Shown piece after piece: positions 1 to 10,526 of a stretch of DNA of 64,000 nt. Numbering within the stretch: the first letter of the stretch is position 1; each line of letters begins with the position of its first letter. The notes beneath the pieces are model-generated. The model searched no databases, was not told where the DNA came from, and saw only the letters and a list, made by a program, of their open reading frames with translations. The position numbers and the translations under genes were made by a program. The DNA is from Trueperaceae bacterium (GTDB taxonomy: Bacteria; Deinococcota; Deinococci; Deinococcales; Trueperaceae). The stretch is taken from contig JAXHNB010000006.1 of assembly GCA_034520945.1 (NCBI GenBank), positions 320,001-384,000 of the forward strand. The letters are read 5' to 3'.

Positions 1-60
1 AGCTCCTCGCGACGTCGGACGACACCCGCACGGACGCATGACGGCGATCGACCGGGTCGT

Positions 61-1032
61 TCAGGGCAGCAGCACCGTCGAGCCGGTCGTGCGCCGCGCT
101 TCCAGCGCACGGTGCGCCTCGGCCGCATCGTTCAGGGAAAAGCGTTGGTCGATCCGCACCGGAATCGTGCCGTTCGCCACCGCGTCGAACACCGCCTGCG
201 CCGCGGCGCGGAGCTGCGTGGTGGTCGCGGTGTAGGTGGCGATGGTGGGCCGGGTGAGGTACAGCGATCCCTTGGCGGCCAGCACCACCAGGTTGGGGAC
301 CGATACCGGTCCCGAGGCGTTGCCGAAGCTGACCATCAGGCCGCGCGGGCGCAGCGCGTCCAACGACCCCTCGAAGGTGGCACGGCCCACCCCGTCGTAC
401 ACGACGTCGACGCCCACGCCGTCCGTGAACGCCCGCGCGCGGTCTTTGAAGTCGTCCTGGCTGTAGTCGACGACGTCGTCGGCGCCCGCCTCCCGTGCCA
501 GCGCGACCTTCTCCGGCGAGCCGGCGGTGCCGATGACGCGTGCCCCCAGCGCCTTTGCCCAGCGCGTCAGGATCGAGCCGACGCCGCCCGCGGCCGCGTG
601 GATCAGGAGGTGCTGGCCCGGCTGGACCGCCCAGGTCTCGAACAGCAGGTAGTACGCCGTGATGCCCTTCAGCGTCACCGCGGCCGCCGCCTCGAAGCTC
701 ACGCCCTCGGGCAGCGGCGCCACGCGGCCGGCGGGAATGTTGCGTTCCTCGGCGTAGGCGCCGACGGGCCCGAAGTAGGCGACGCGGTCGCCCACGGCGA
801 CGTCGCCGACGTCAGCGCCGACGGCCGTCACCTCGCCGGCGCCCTCGTTGCCCGCCACGAACGGCAGCGGTGTGTCGTACAGGCCGGAACGCTGGTAGGT
901 GTCGAGGAAGTTCAGCCCCACGGCGTGGTTGCGGACGCGAATCTCGCCCGGTCCCGGGGGTGCGAGCGACCGGTCCTGGACCTGCAGGACCTCCGGACCG
1001 CCATGGGCGCGTACGAACACCGCTTTGCTCAT
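61..1032 (-). CDS. qor: NADPH:quinone oxidoreductase (zeta-crystallin/MDR family)
   Basis: Begins MSKAVFVRAHGGPEVLQ; contains GLNFLDTYQRSGLY, HAAAGGVG and VYDGVGRATF; ends RRTTGSTVLLP. Start moved to ATG 1032, which follows a GGCGAGAG SD-like site. Confidence 0.92.
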   Translation of the reverse strand: MSKAVFVRAHGGPEVLQVQDRSLAPPGPGEIRVRNHAVGLNFLDTYQRSGLYDTPLPFVAGNEGAGEVTAVGADVGDVAVGDRVAYFGPVGAYAEERNIPAGRVAPLPEGVSFEAAAAVTLKGITAYYLLFETWAVQPGQHLLIHAAAGGVGSILTRWAKALGARVIGTAGSPEKVALAREAGADDVVDYSQDDFKDRARAFTDGVGVDVVYDGVGRATFEGSLDALRPRGLMVSFGNASGPVSVPNLVVLAAKGSLYLTRPTIATYTATTTQLRAAAQAVFDAVANGTIPVRIDQRFSLNDAAEAHRALEARRTTGSTVLLP

Positions 1033-1207
1033 CTCTCGCCTCGCTTCCCGGCGTGGGGCCGCCACGCACGCCTCGCAGGCATCATCGCCCGGCGCGGACC
1101 AGGCCGGCGCGGAATCGGCGCACGGCGCCGGGCGTCGCAGGCACGGGGTACGAAAACGGTCCGGTGCGACGAGGGGGTCGCACCGGACCGCGAACGGTCG
1201 CGGACGC

Positions 1208-2575
1208 TCAGCGGGTGCGCTCGGCCCACCAGTGGTACTCGCTCGCGGTGCCCCGTTGGTAGAAGCGGCCGCTCAGGCGCAGGCGTGCGTCCTCTTCCAC
1301 GAGCCTCCCCTCGTACACCTGGTCCAGCGCGCTGAGAGGCCGAACGAACCGCAACAGGAAGCCGTCGAACTCGATCTCCTCGAGCGCGTCGGCGCGGCCC
1401 AGATCGAGCGTGCCCACCCATCCCTCGTCGCTGCTACGGAACGTCAGCGTGCCGGTGTACCCATTGGCGTTCACCTGCCAGGTCCCGGCCAGCGCGAGAT
1501 CCGTGGGGGTCTCGACCTTCGTGGGTGCCGGGTCGGTCGTGGGCTGGCGGGACACGGCGAAGCTGGCGGGCCAGGAGCCCCAACGGACGGACGCGACGCC
1601 GTTCCGGGTCGAGGCGACGTAGCCGTCCTGCCCCGGGAGCATCGTCAGTGTGAACGTGCCACCCTCCGGCCCGATCACGCCGGCGTGACGCGCCGCAAGG
1701 CAGACGTGCGAGTCGTGGGTGTACACGTCCGTGCCCCACAGGCGACCGGTCGTGGGGCAGCCGGACGGGCAGGTGACGCGCAGGCTGGTGCCTTCCTGCT
1801 GGGCGTCCAACGGTGCGGCGTTCGCGCGCTGATCGCACGTCAGCAACGTCACCGCGCCCCCCGGCGCCGACGGGCTGGGGGCCGCGCGTACCTCGAAGGC
1901 GCCGCTGGCCGCGAGTCGGGTGTACCCGTCGTTCTCGAACAGCCGGAACTCGTACCGTCCAGGTTCGCGGGGCGCGTCGAACACGAGCTCGCCCGTTGCG
2001 CGACCCTCGGTGTACTGCCAGTCCAGATGCTCGCGGTCGGAGGCACCGCTTCGGTACAGGCCCACCCAGTCCTTCGCGAAGCCCGGCGTCCCGCCGAACC
2101 GTGCCGTGATGGGGGCGGCGGGGGCGACGGCTCGCGCACCGACGCTCACGCTCGGCGACGCGGCACGGGGCCCGTCATTGGGCGCAACGTCACCCGCTTC
2201 GGCGCCATAGACGTGCAGTTCGTACGCGAGCGGCTGCCACAGGAGGTTCTTTACGTAAATCTCGTAGCGGCCGGCCTGGGGCGCGCGGAGCGTGAAGCTG
2301 GGGTTGGGGTCGGTGCTGATGTCGTAGAACAGCTCGCGCTCTTCGAAGCCGGCGTAGATCGCGAGGTCCGCGTCGTCGCCGCCCGCGTCGACGCGGATGT
2401 GCACGTCGGGGCCGCCCGCGGGAAGGTTCAGCACGTAGACGTGGTCGATCTGCTCGGTGGGGATGGTGCCGGCCCGGGTGGTGTTCAGCGACATGTCGAA
2501 CGTGGTCTGGGCGTGCACGGCCGTGACCGCCATGCAGGCGATCAGGAGGGCGAACCAACGGGGAACGCCTAGCAT
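1208..2575 (-). CDS. secreted multidomain protein: PPC-like domain, Ig-like DWVGLY domain, LCCL domain
   Basis: Signal peptide ending AVHA-Q; DADLAIY...AGRYEIYV (PPC-like); DWVGLY...YEFRLF; LCCL signature CPSGC...LWGTDVYTHDSHVCLAARHAGVI...GYVASTRNGVAS; SD AAGGAG. Confidence 0.75.
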   Translation of the reverse strand: MLGVPRWFALLIACMAVTAVHAQTTFDMSLNTTRAGTIPTEQIDHVYVLNLPAGGPDVHIRVDAGGDDADLAIYAGFEERELFYDISTDPNPSFTLRAPQAGRYEIYVKNLLWQPLAYELHVYGAEAGDVAPNDGPRAASPSVSVGARAVAPAAPITARFGGTPGFAKDWVGLYRSGASDREHLDWQYTEGRATGELVFDAPREPGRYEFRLFENDGYTRLAASGAFEVRAAPSPSAPGGAVTLLTCDQRANAAPLDAQQEGTSLRVTCPSGCPTTGRLWGTDVYTHDSHVCLAARHAGVIGPEGGTFTLTMLPGQDGYVASTRNGVASVRWGSWPASFAVSRQPTTDPAPTKVETPTDLALAGTWQVNANGYTGTLTFRSSDEGWVGTLDLGRADALEEIEFDGFLLRFVRPLSALDQVYEGRLVEEDARLRLSGRFYQRGTASEYHWWAERTR

Positions 2576-2781
2576 ACGGGACTCCTTGTCCGTAGCGTGC
2601 GCCAGCCGGTGCGCCGGGCTCGGCGCAGGGCTCGCGGGGGGGCCGAGCGCCCACCGGTTCGGCCGAATTCGAGGGGAGGAGGAGGGATCGTCGCTTCAAG
2701 GTGGACGTGTCATCGTCGTGCCTCCGTTCCCAGGACCTGTCATCTCGGGATGCGCGGGGCCCTGGACGCGCCGCCGCGTAG

Positions 2782-2808
2782 CTCGTGCGCGGATTCACGA
2801 GTAGTATA
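2782..2808 (-). promoter_or_regulatory. putative -10 box (TATACT, minus strand 2803-2808) followed by inverted repeat CTCGTG-N8-CACGAG
   Basis: Seen directly in the divergent intergenic region; the function is inferred. Confidence 0.4.
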
Positions 2809-2984
2809 GGCCTCACGCAGGGGCGCCGTATGGACGATTGCCACACCTGTGGTCGGCCAGGCATCCGGGTCGAGCGAGCCGGAGGCGATCGCCTTGGCGA
2901 CGCCGCGTGCGTAGGTGGCCTTCTGGCGGCTGAAGCCGATCGCCCGTGCTATTTTGGTTCGACTGCCTACGCCGGAGGTTCCCC

Positions 2985-5900
2985 ATGCCGATGCTGCACC
3001 GTACACGGTTGTTCGTCGATCGTACGAAGGGGGGCGGCCGGGTGCCGGGACGCCCAAGGCTCGGGCCCCTCCTGGCGCGCCTCTTGGTGCTGGCGTTGGC
3101 GTTCTCGTCGCTCACCGCCTGGGCACAGGACGCGCCGATCCCCGAACGCTTCGCCACCACCCGCAGCGATACCGACTACCCCGGTGGCGACCTGACGCCG
3201 CTGTTCGACATTCGCCTGGAGCAGTGCCACGCCACCTGCTTGCGGCTCGAGGACTGCGCCGGCTTCACCTTCGATGGGCGCAACGCCGCCTGCTTCCCCA
3301 AGGGCAGCCTGGGCGCGCCGGTCCCGTTCGAGGGCGCGCTGTCCGGTGTGATCACGCGGCAGAGCGCGGCGGCGCTGGAGCGTGCGCGCGCGGCCGCCGC
3401 CACGATGGACTTCCTGGAGTCGTCCGACCTGGACGCCGCACGTCAGCAGGCGACGGCGATGGCCGAGCGATACCAGGCTGGCGGCAGGACGGAAGCCGAG
3501 CTGTTGGACATGGCGCGCGGGCAGCCCCCGGCCCAGGCCGTCGCGTCGACCGGCGCGGCCGTGACCGTCGCCGACGGGGGTGAGGCCTGGCTGGCGCACG
3601 CGCGGGCCCTGGCCGCCGAGGCCGCGCGCGACGCGAACCGCCGCTACGAGGCGAACCAGCAGGCCGCCTCGGCGGCGCTCAACGCAGCCCTGCGCCTTCC
3701 GGAGCCGGAGCGCGCCGCGGCGCTGGTGGTCCAGGCGCGCGCGCTCGAAGCGACCTACCGCGGCGAGACCGCGCTCGGCGCCCTGCGTCTGGCCGATCTG
3801 CTCCGTCCCGGGATCGCCCCCGCGGACATGGCGCGCTTGCGCGAGCGGTTCGGCTTTCGCGTGCTGGCCCACGACGTCGACGCCGCAACGGCGACGCCCC
3901 GCATCTGCGTGACCTTCTCGGAGGACCTCTCGCCCAGGCGCGACTACGCGCCCTTCGTGCAACACCGGGCGCGGGGACTCGCGCTCGAGGTCGAAGGGCC
4001 GCAACTGTGCGCGACGGGCGTCGCCTATGGAGAGAGCTACCTCCTGACGCTGCGCGCGGGCCTTCCCAGCGTCACGGGCGATGCGCTGATGGACGACGTG
4101 CCGCTCGAGGTCTACGTCCGCGACCGCGCGCCCTTGGTGCGCTTCCCGGGCCGAAGCTACGTGCTGCCCGCCGTCGGCCCACGAGCCCTGCCGGTAGAGA
4201 CCGTCAATGCGGACCGGCTGGCGTTGCGGCTCCTGCGCGTGTCCGACCGCAATCTGGTGAACGCCATCCGCGAGGGCGCCTTCGCGCAGGCCCTCAGCGC
4301 CTGGGAAGGCGAGCGCTTCGAGGAGCTGCTGGCGGAACCGGTGTGGCAGGGCGAAGCGCAGCTCGAAGGGACGTTGAACCAGGCCACCACCTCGCGCCTG
4401 CCGCTGGATGAGGTCGGCGCGCTGGAGCCCGGCGTGTACGTGTTGCGCGCGAGCGTGCCGGACACGGCCCCCCGTGACGTGCCGCCGGCCACCCAGTGGT
4501 TCATGGTCTCCGACCTCGGCGTCACGACGTTGTCCGGCCGCGACGGCGTGCACGTGGTGGTTCAGCGTCTGTCCGACGGCGAGCCCGTGGCGGGCGCGAC
4601 CGTGGCGCTGCTGGCGCGCTCGAACCGCCTCCTCGGCGAGGCGAGCACGGACGCCCGCGGCCACGTCCGCTTCGCGGCCGCACTGGCGCGGGGGGCGGGC
4701 GCCGCGGCGCCGGCGATGGTTCGGGTCGAGGGGCCCGACGACCTGGCGGTGCTGTCGCTCGAGGAGCCCGAGTTCGACCTGTCCGACCGCGGCGTCGAGG
4801 GGCGCGCCGCCGCGGGGCCCGTCGACCTGTTCCTGACGACCGATCGCGGCGCCTACCGTCCCGGCGAGACGATCCACGTCACGGCCCTCGCCCGCGACGC
4901 TCAGGCCCGCGCCTTGACCGGGTTGCCGATCACGGCGCGGCTGCTGCGGCCCGACGGGGTCGAGTACGCCCGCGTCGTCTCCGCGGACGAACGCGCGGGC
5001 GGGCACGTCGTGTCGCTGCCGCTCGGCGTCGACGTGCCGCGTGGCGTCTGGCGGATCGAGGCGTTCGCGGACCCGGACGGCCCGGCGTTGGCCAGCCGCA
5101 CCGTGCTGGTCGAGGACTTCGTGCCGGAACGCATCGACTTCGACCTGTCGCTGAGCGTGGACGGTCCGGTCCACGCGGATGCGCCGCCGAACCTGCGCAT
5201 CGAAGCGCGACACGCGTTCGGACCGCCCGCAGCGGGGCTGCCGCTGACGGGCAGCGTGCGCGTGAGCGCCACCCCCGAGCTCGACGGCTGGCCGGGATTC
5301 CGCTTCGGGCGCCATGATCAGCGCGTCGACGCGCAGCGCCGTACCTTCGACGGCGGGCTGCAGACCGACGCCCAGGGGCGGCTCGAGACGCCCGTGCCGC
5401 TCGGCGGCCTGACCCTCGATCCGCGGCCCTACATGCTGAGCGTGAACGCGACATTGGTCGACGGGGCCGCGCGCCCGGTCGAGCGCACCCTGACGCGTCC
5501 GCTGCGACCCCCGGGGCCGGTGGTCGGCATTCGGCCCGGCTTCGAGGGTACGTTGCCCGAGAACGCGGAGGCGACGTTCCAGCTGGTCCGGGTCGCCCCC
5601 GACGGGGCGGCGCTGGGCGGTGAGCTGCGCTGGCAGGTGGACCGCCTCCACACCCGCTACCAGTGGTTCAGCCAGGGCGGGCGCTGGAACTGGGAGCCCG
5701 TGAGCGAACGGCAGCGCGTGGCCGAGGGCGTCGCCACCGCAGCGGACGGCCCGGCCCGCATCGCGGTCCCCGTGACGTGGGGTCGCCACGAACTGCGCGT
5801 CACGTACGACGGCGAGGCGTTCGCCAGCGCCTCGGTTCCCTTCACGGCGGGCTGGTACGCCGCCGCCACGACGCGAGAGACGCCGGAGATGCTCGCGCTG

Positions 5901-8448
5901 TCGCTCGACGCGCCCGCGTACGCGCCCGGCGACGTGGCGCGGCTCCGTATCGTGCCCGAAGGGTCGGGCATGGCCCTGGTGTCGGTGCTCACCGACCGGG
6001 TGGTCGACATGCGCCTCGTGCCGGTCGAAGGGGAGACGATCGTCGAGCTGCCCGTGACCGACGACTGGGGCGTCGGCGCCTACGTCACCGCCAGCCTGAT
6101 CCGCCCCAGCGACGGCCCGGAGCACGTGCCCGCACGCAGCCTCGGGCTGGCTCACGCAGAGATTACGCCCGGTGACCGGGCGTTGCGGCCGGCGCTGAGC
6201 GCGCCCCGCGAGATGGACGCCCGCGACCGGCTCGAGGTGACGCTCTCCCTGCCGGGCCTCCAGGACGGATCCGCCTACGCCACCGTCGCGGCGGTCGACC
6301 TGGGGGCGTTGACGTTGACCGGGTTCGCGCCGCCCGATCCGATGGGTCACTTCTTCGGCCAGCGGCGCCTGGGCGTGGCGATCCACGACCTGTACGGGCG
6401 CCTGATCGACGCGCGTGAGGGGGCGCTGGGGCAGGTGCGATCCGGCGGCGGGGTCGACGCGGACGAAGCGGTGCGGCCCGGCCCGCTCCCGGCCGAGGAC
6501 GTGCTGGCGTTCTTCCGTGGCCCGGTCGAGCTGGAGAGCGGCCGCGCAGAGGTGGGGTTCGACCTGCCAGCGTTCAACGGCACCGTGCGGGTCATGGCGG
6601 TGGTGTGGACCGACCGTGCCGTCGGGCAGGCGCACGCGGACGTGCTCGTGCGCGACCCGGTGGTGATGCAACCGAGCCTGCCGCGCTTCATGACGCCGGG
6701 GGACGAGAGCCGCCTGCGGCTGGAGCTCACCCACGTCACGGGGCCGGCCGGCGACATGGCGCTGTCGGCCCAGGGCCACGGCCTGGGCGAGGTGCCGGCG
6801 AGCGTCACGCTGAGTGAAGGCGGACGCGCGGTGCTGGACCTGCCGTTGCGGCCCACGGCGGTGGGCGATCACGTCTACCGAATCGTGCTGAGCACGCCCG
6901 AGGGCCGCGAGCTGGTGCGCGAGGTGCGGATGAGCGTCCAGCACACCGACCCCGAGACCGCCCGCTCCTCGCAGCACGTGCTGGCGCCAGGGGAGAGCTT
7001 CCGCGTGGGCCCGGGCGCGCTGGCCGGCTTCAGGCCAGGGACCGCGCGGGCCACGCTGGCCGCCGGGGCGGGTGCCGCCCTGGACCTGCCGGGGCTCGTT
7101 CAGCGCTTGCTCGGCTATCCCTACGGCTGCACCGAGCAGATCGCCTCGGGCCTGCAACCGCTGCTGCTGGCCCCGGACCGGGCCGCGGAGCTCGGCGGGC
7201 TCAGCGCGGCCGAGATGCGCGAACGGGTGCAGGTCGGCGTCGAGCGGATCCTCACCCGGCAGGGGCGCACCGGCCGTTTCGGATCGTGGGGCGCGGACGG
7301 GCAGGACCTGTGGCTGGACGCCTACGTCACCGACGTGCTGCTGCGCGCCGAAGCGTACGGTGCGAGCCTCCCCGAGCACGCGCTGCCCATGGCGCTGCGC
7401 AACCTCCGCAACCAGGTGGCGCAGGCGGGATCCATGCACGACGGCGCGGCGGCCTACGCCTACGCCTTCTACGTGCTGGCGCGCGCGGGCGAGGCCGCGA
7501 TCGGCGATCTGCGTTACTACGCCGACACCCTGGCCGAACGGTTCGACACGCCGTTGGCGGCGGCGCAGCTCGGCGCCGCGTTGGCGGCCTACGGGCAGCG
7601 CTCGCGCGCGGACGCGATGTTCGCCCGGGCGTACGAGCTCGCTTTGGCGAGGTGCCGACCCGAACGATTGGCGCAACGATTACGGCACGGCGTTCCGTGA
7701 CCGGGCCGGGCTGTTGGCGTTGGCGGTCGAGGCAGGCAGCGGCGTGGTGGATCGCCGGCAGCTCGCGAGCCTGCTGACGCGGCGCGCGTCGGTGCACCAG
7801 CTCTCCACCCAGGAGGCCGCCTGGGCCTTGCGGGCGGCCGTCGCGATGGGCGCCGAGGGCCAGGGCCTCGTGGTCGACGGACGGCCCGCAGACGGAGACG
7901 TCGTGCGCCTGTTCGATGGGACGCCGGTGAGCGTCCGCAACGACGGCGACACGGACGTGACGGTGACCCTCACCGCCTTCGGCGTGCCGGAAGAGGCGCC
8001 CGAGGCCGGTGGCGTCGGCTACACGATCCGCCGGCGCCACTACACCCTCACCGGCGAAGAGGCCGACCTGGACGCCGTACGGGTGGGCGACCGTGTGGTC
8101 GTGCTCCTCGAGGTGCGCCCCGATCGGGGCGTGGCCGGCGGGCGGCTGCTGATCGACGACGCGCTGCCGGCGGGGTTCGAGATCGACAACGCCAACCTGC
8201 TGCGCGAGGGCGACGTCCGCGCGCTCGACTGGCTCGCCGTGCAAGGCGAGGCCGAAATGACCGAGGCGCGGGCGGAGCGCTTCCTGGCGGCGGTGGACTG
8301 GACCTCCGGCCTGTCGCTGCGGCTGGCGTACGTCATGCGCGCGGTGTCGCCGGGCACCTTCCACTACCCCGCGGCCAAGGTGGAGGACATGTACCGCCCC
8401 GTGAACCGCGCCATCAGCGCGACGGGCCGCGTGACCATCGGCCCGTGA
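2985..8448 (+). CDS. bacterial alpha-2-macroglobulin with N-terminal PAN/apple domain; one +1 frameshift near 7650
   Basis: SD GGAGG before ATG 2985; PAN-type Cys pattern (DYPGGDL...CHATCLRLEDCAGFTF...CFPK); TDRGAYRPGE; thioester motif YPYGCTEQ. The C-terminus (DWRNDYGTAFRDRAG...DALPAGFEIDN...VEDMYRP) continues in the frame ending at 8448. Confidence 0.9.
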
Positions 8449-10467
8449 GACGAGGGTGGCTCGCCGGGCTGGCCGGCCTGGCGGTCGTGCTGGCCCTATG
8501 GGCCGGCATCGGACGCTGGGTGGCGGTGACGGAGCTGCCGCCACTGGCGGTCGCAACCTCGACCGAGGTGCTGGCCCGCGATGGTCGGCTGTTGCGCGCG
8601 TTCACGGTCGCGGACGGCCGCTGGCGCCTGGCGCTGGCGCCGGAGGACGTGGACCCCGGCTACCTGGCGATGCTGATCGCGTACGAGGACCGGCGCTTCT
8701 ACGATCATCGCGGGGTGGACCCATGGGCGCTGGCGCGCGCCCTTCGGTCAGGCCCTCGTCCACCGGCGGCTGGTGTCGGGCGGCTCGACCCTGACCATGC
8801 AGGTCGCGCGCCTGCTCGAGGACGGCGCAACCGGCTCTTGGCCGGGCAAGCTGCGTCAGATGCGGGTGGCCCTGGCGCTCGAGCGGGCCCTGTCGAAACG
8901 AGAGATCCTGGCGCTCTACCTGCATCACGCACCCATGGGCGGCAACCTGGAGGGGGTCCGGGCGGGCAGCCTGGCGTGGTTCGGCAAGGAACCGGATCGT
9001 CTCACCGAGGCGGAGGCGGCGCTGTTGGTCGCGCTGCCGCAAGCGCCGAGCCTGCGCAGCCCCGACCGGCACCCCCGTGCGGCGCAGGCCGCGCGCGACC
9101 GCGTGCTGGCGCGGGCCCAGGCGGTGGACGTGATCGACGCGGACGCCGCCCGCACCGCCATGCGAGAGGCGCTGCCCGCGGTCCGCCGCCGCTTCCCGGC
9201 CCATGCGCCCCACCTGGCCGACCGCCTGCGGGCGGCCGAGCCGGACCGGGGGGTCCACCGCACGACGTTGGACCTGGACCTGCAGGCCGCGCTGGAGGCG
9301 CTGGCCGAGGACGCGCTGCCCGACCTGCCCGCGCGGGCGACGCTGGCATTGCAGGTCGTCGATACGGACAGCGGAACGGTCCGCGCCAGCGTGGGGTCCG
9401 CCGACTACACCAGCGACGCGCGGCAGGGGTACGTCGACATGACCCAGGCGCTGCGCTCGCCCGGCTCGACGCTGAAGCCGCTCGTCTACGGGCTCGCGTT
9501 CTCGGACGGGATGGCGCACCCGGAGACGCTCCTGAACGACCGGCCCGCCAGCTACGCCGGCTACGCGCCGCAGAACTTCGACGGCACCTTCCGTGGGCCG
9601 ATCAGTGCGCGCGAGGCCCTCCAGGCGTCGCTGAACTTGCCGGTGGTGGAGCTCACGCACGCCCTCGGACCGGCGCGGGTGATGGCGGCGCTGCGCCGGG
9701 CGGGCGTCGAAGCGGCCGTGCCGGGCGACCCGGGGTTGGCGGTCAGCCTGGGTGGCGTCGGGATCAGCCTCGAGGGACTGGTGCAGCTCTACGCCGCCAT
9801 TGCGCGCGGCGGAGAGGCGTTGCCGCTCACCGTTACCGACGCGGCGGCAGCGTCGCGGGCGCGGCTCATGACGCCCCAGGCCGCGTGGCAGGTGGGCGAC
9901 GTTCTGAGCGACGCGCCGCGCCCCGCGCGGCTGCCGGATTGGCCGCTGGCGTTCAAGACCGGCACCTCGCACGGGCATCGCGACGCGCTGGCGCTGGGCT
10001 TCGACGGGACGCACACGGTGGGGGTGTGGGTCGGTCGCGCGGACGGCACGGCCGTGCCGGGCATGTATGGGGCGGAGGTGGCGGCGCCGCTGCTGTTCGA
10101 GGTCTTCGCGCGCCTGGGAGAGACGCCCGAGCCCCTGCCGCCCGCCCCACCCGGCACCTCGGTCGCCACCAACGCCGAGCTGCCCGCCCCGCTGCGGCAG
10201 TTCGGCGCGCGGCTCGCCGGGACCGACGACACGCCGCAGTTGACGTTTCCGCCGGACGGGGCCGCCTTGGTGGACATGCCGGGTGGCATCCTGGCGCGGG
10301 TGGAGCGCGGACGGGCGCCGTTCACCTGGTTCGCCGACGGCGCGCCCGTGCTGCGCGTGAGCTTCGAACGTGAAGCGCGGCTCGCGCTGGACGGGCCCGG
10401 GTTCGTGACGCTCTCGGTGGTGGACGCCGAGGGCCGTGCCTCGCGTGTGCGGTTCGAGCTGCGGTAG
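8445..10467 (+). CDS. pbpC: penicillin-binding protein 1C; one +1 frameshift near 8741
   Basis: GTGA overlap with the alpha-2-macroglobulin stop. Transglycosylase motifs YEDRRFYDHRGVDP and SGGSTLTMQVARLL lie in two frames. Transpeptidase motifs GSTLKP, SLN and KTGT are present. Confidence 0.92.
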
Positions 10468-10526
10468 GCCGTGTTCACACGTTGCGGCGTGACACGCGGC
10501 ACGCGTCTCATCCAGAAACTCAACGA

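Noticed and set aside
2740..2800. TGAATCC-containing leader resembling a c-di-AMP (ydaO) riboswitch
   Set aside because: The downstream conserved GGGGAACC-type elements are not evident; a covariance search would be needed.
2967..7676. 1569-aa minus-strand ORF and the many other long antisense or alternate-frame ORFs
   Set aside because: Shadow ORFs of real high-GC genes: Arg/Gly/Ala-rich with no family motifs.
7640..8750. Programmed frameshifting or phase variation in alpha-2-macroglobulin and pbpC
   Set aside because: No slippery heptamer or long homopolymer at the shift sites; sequencing error is simpler.
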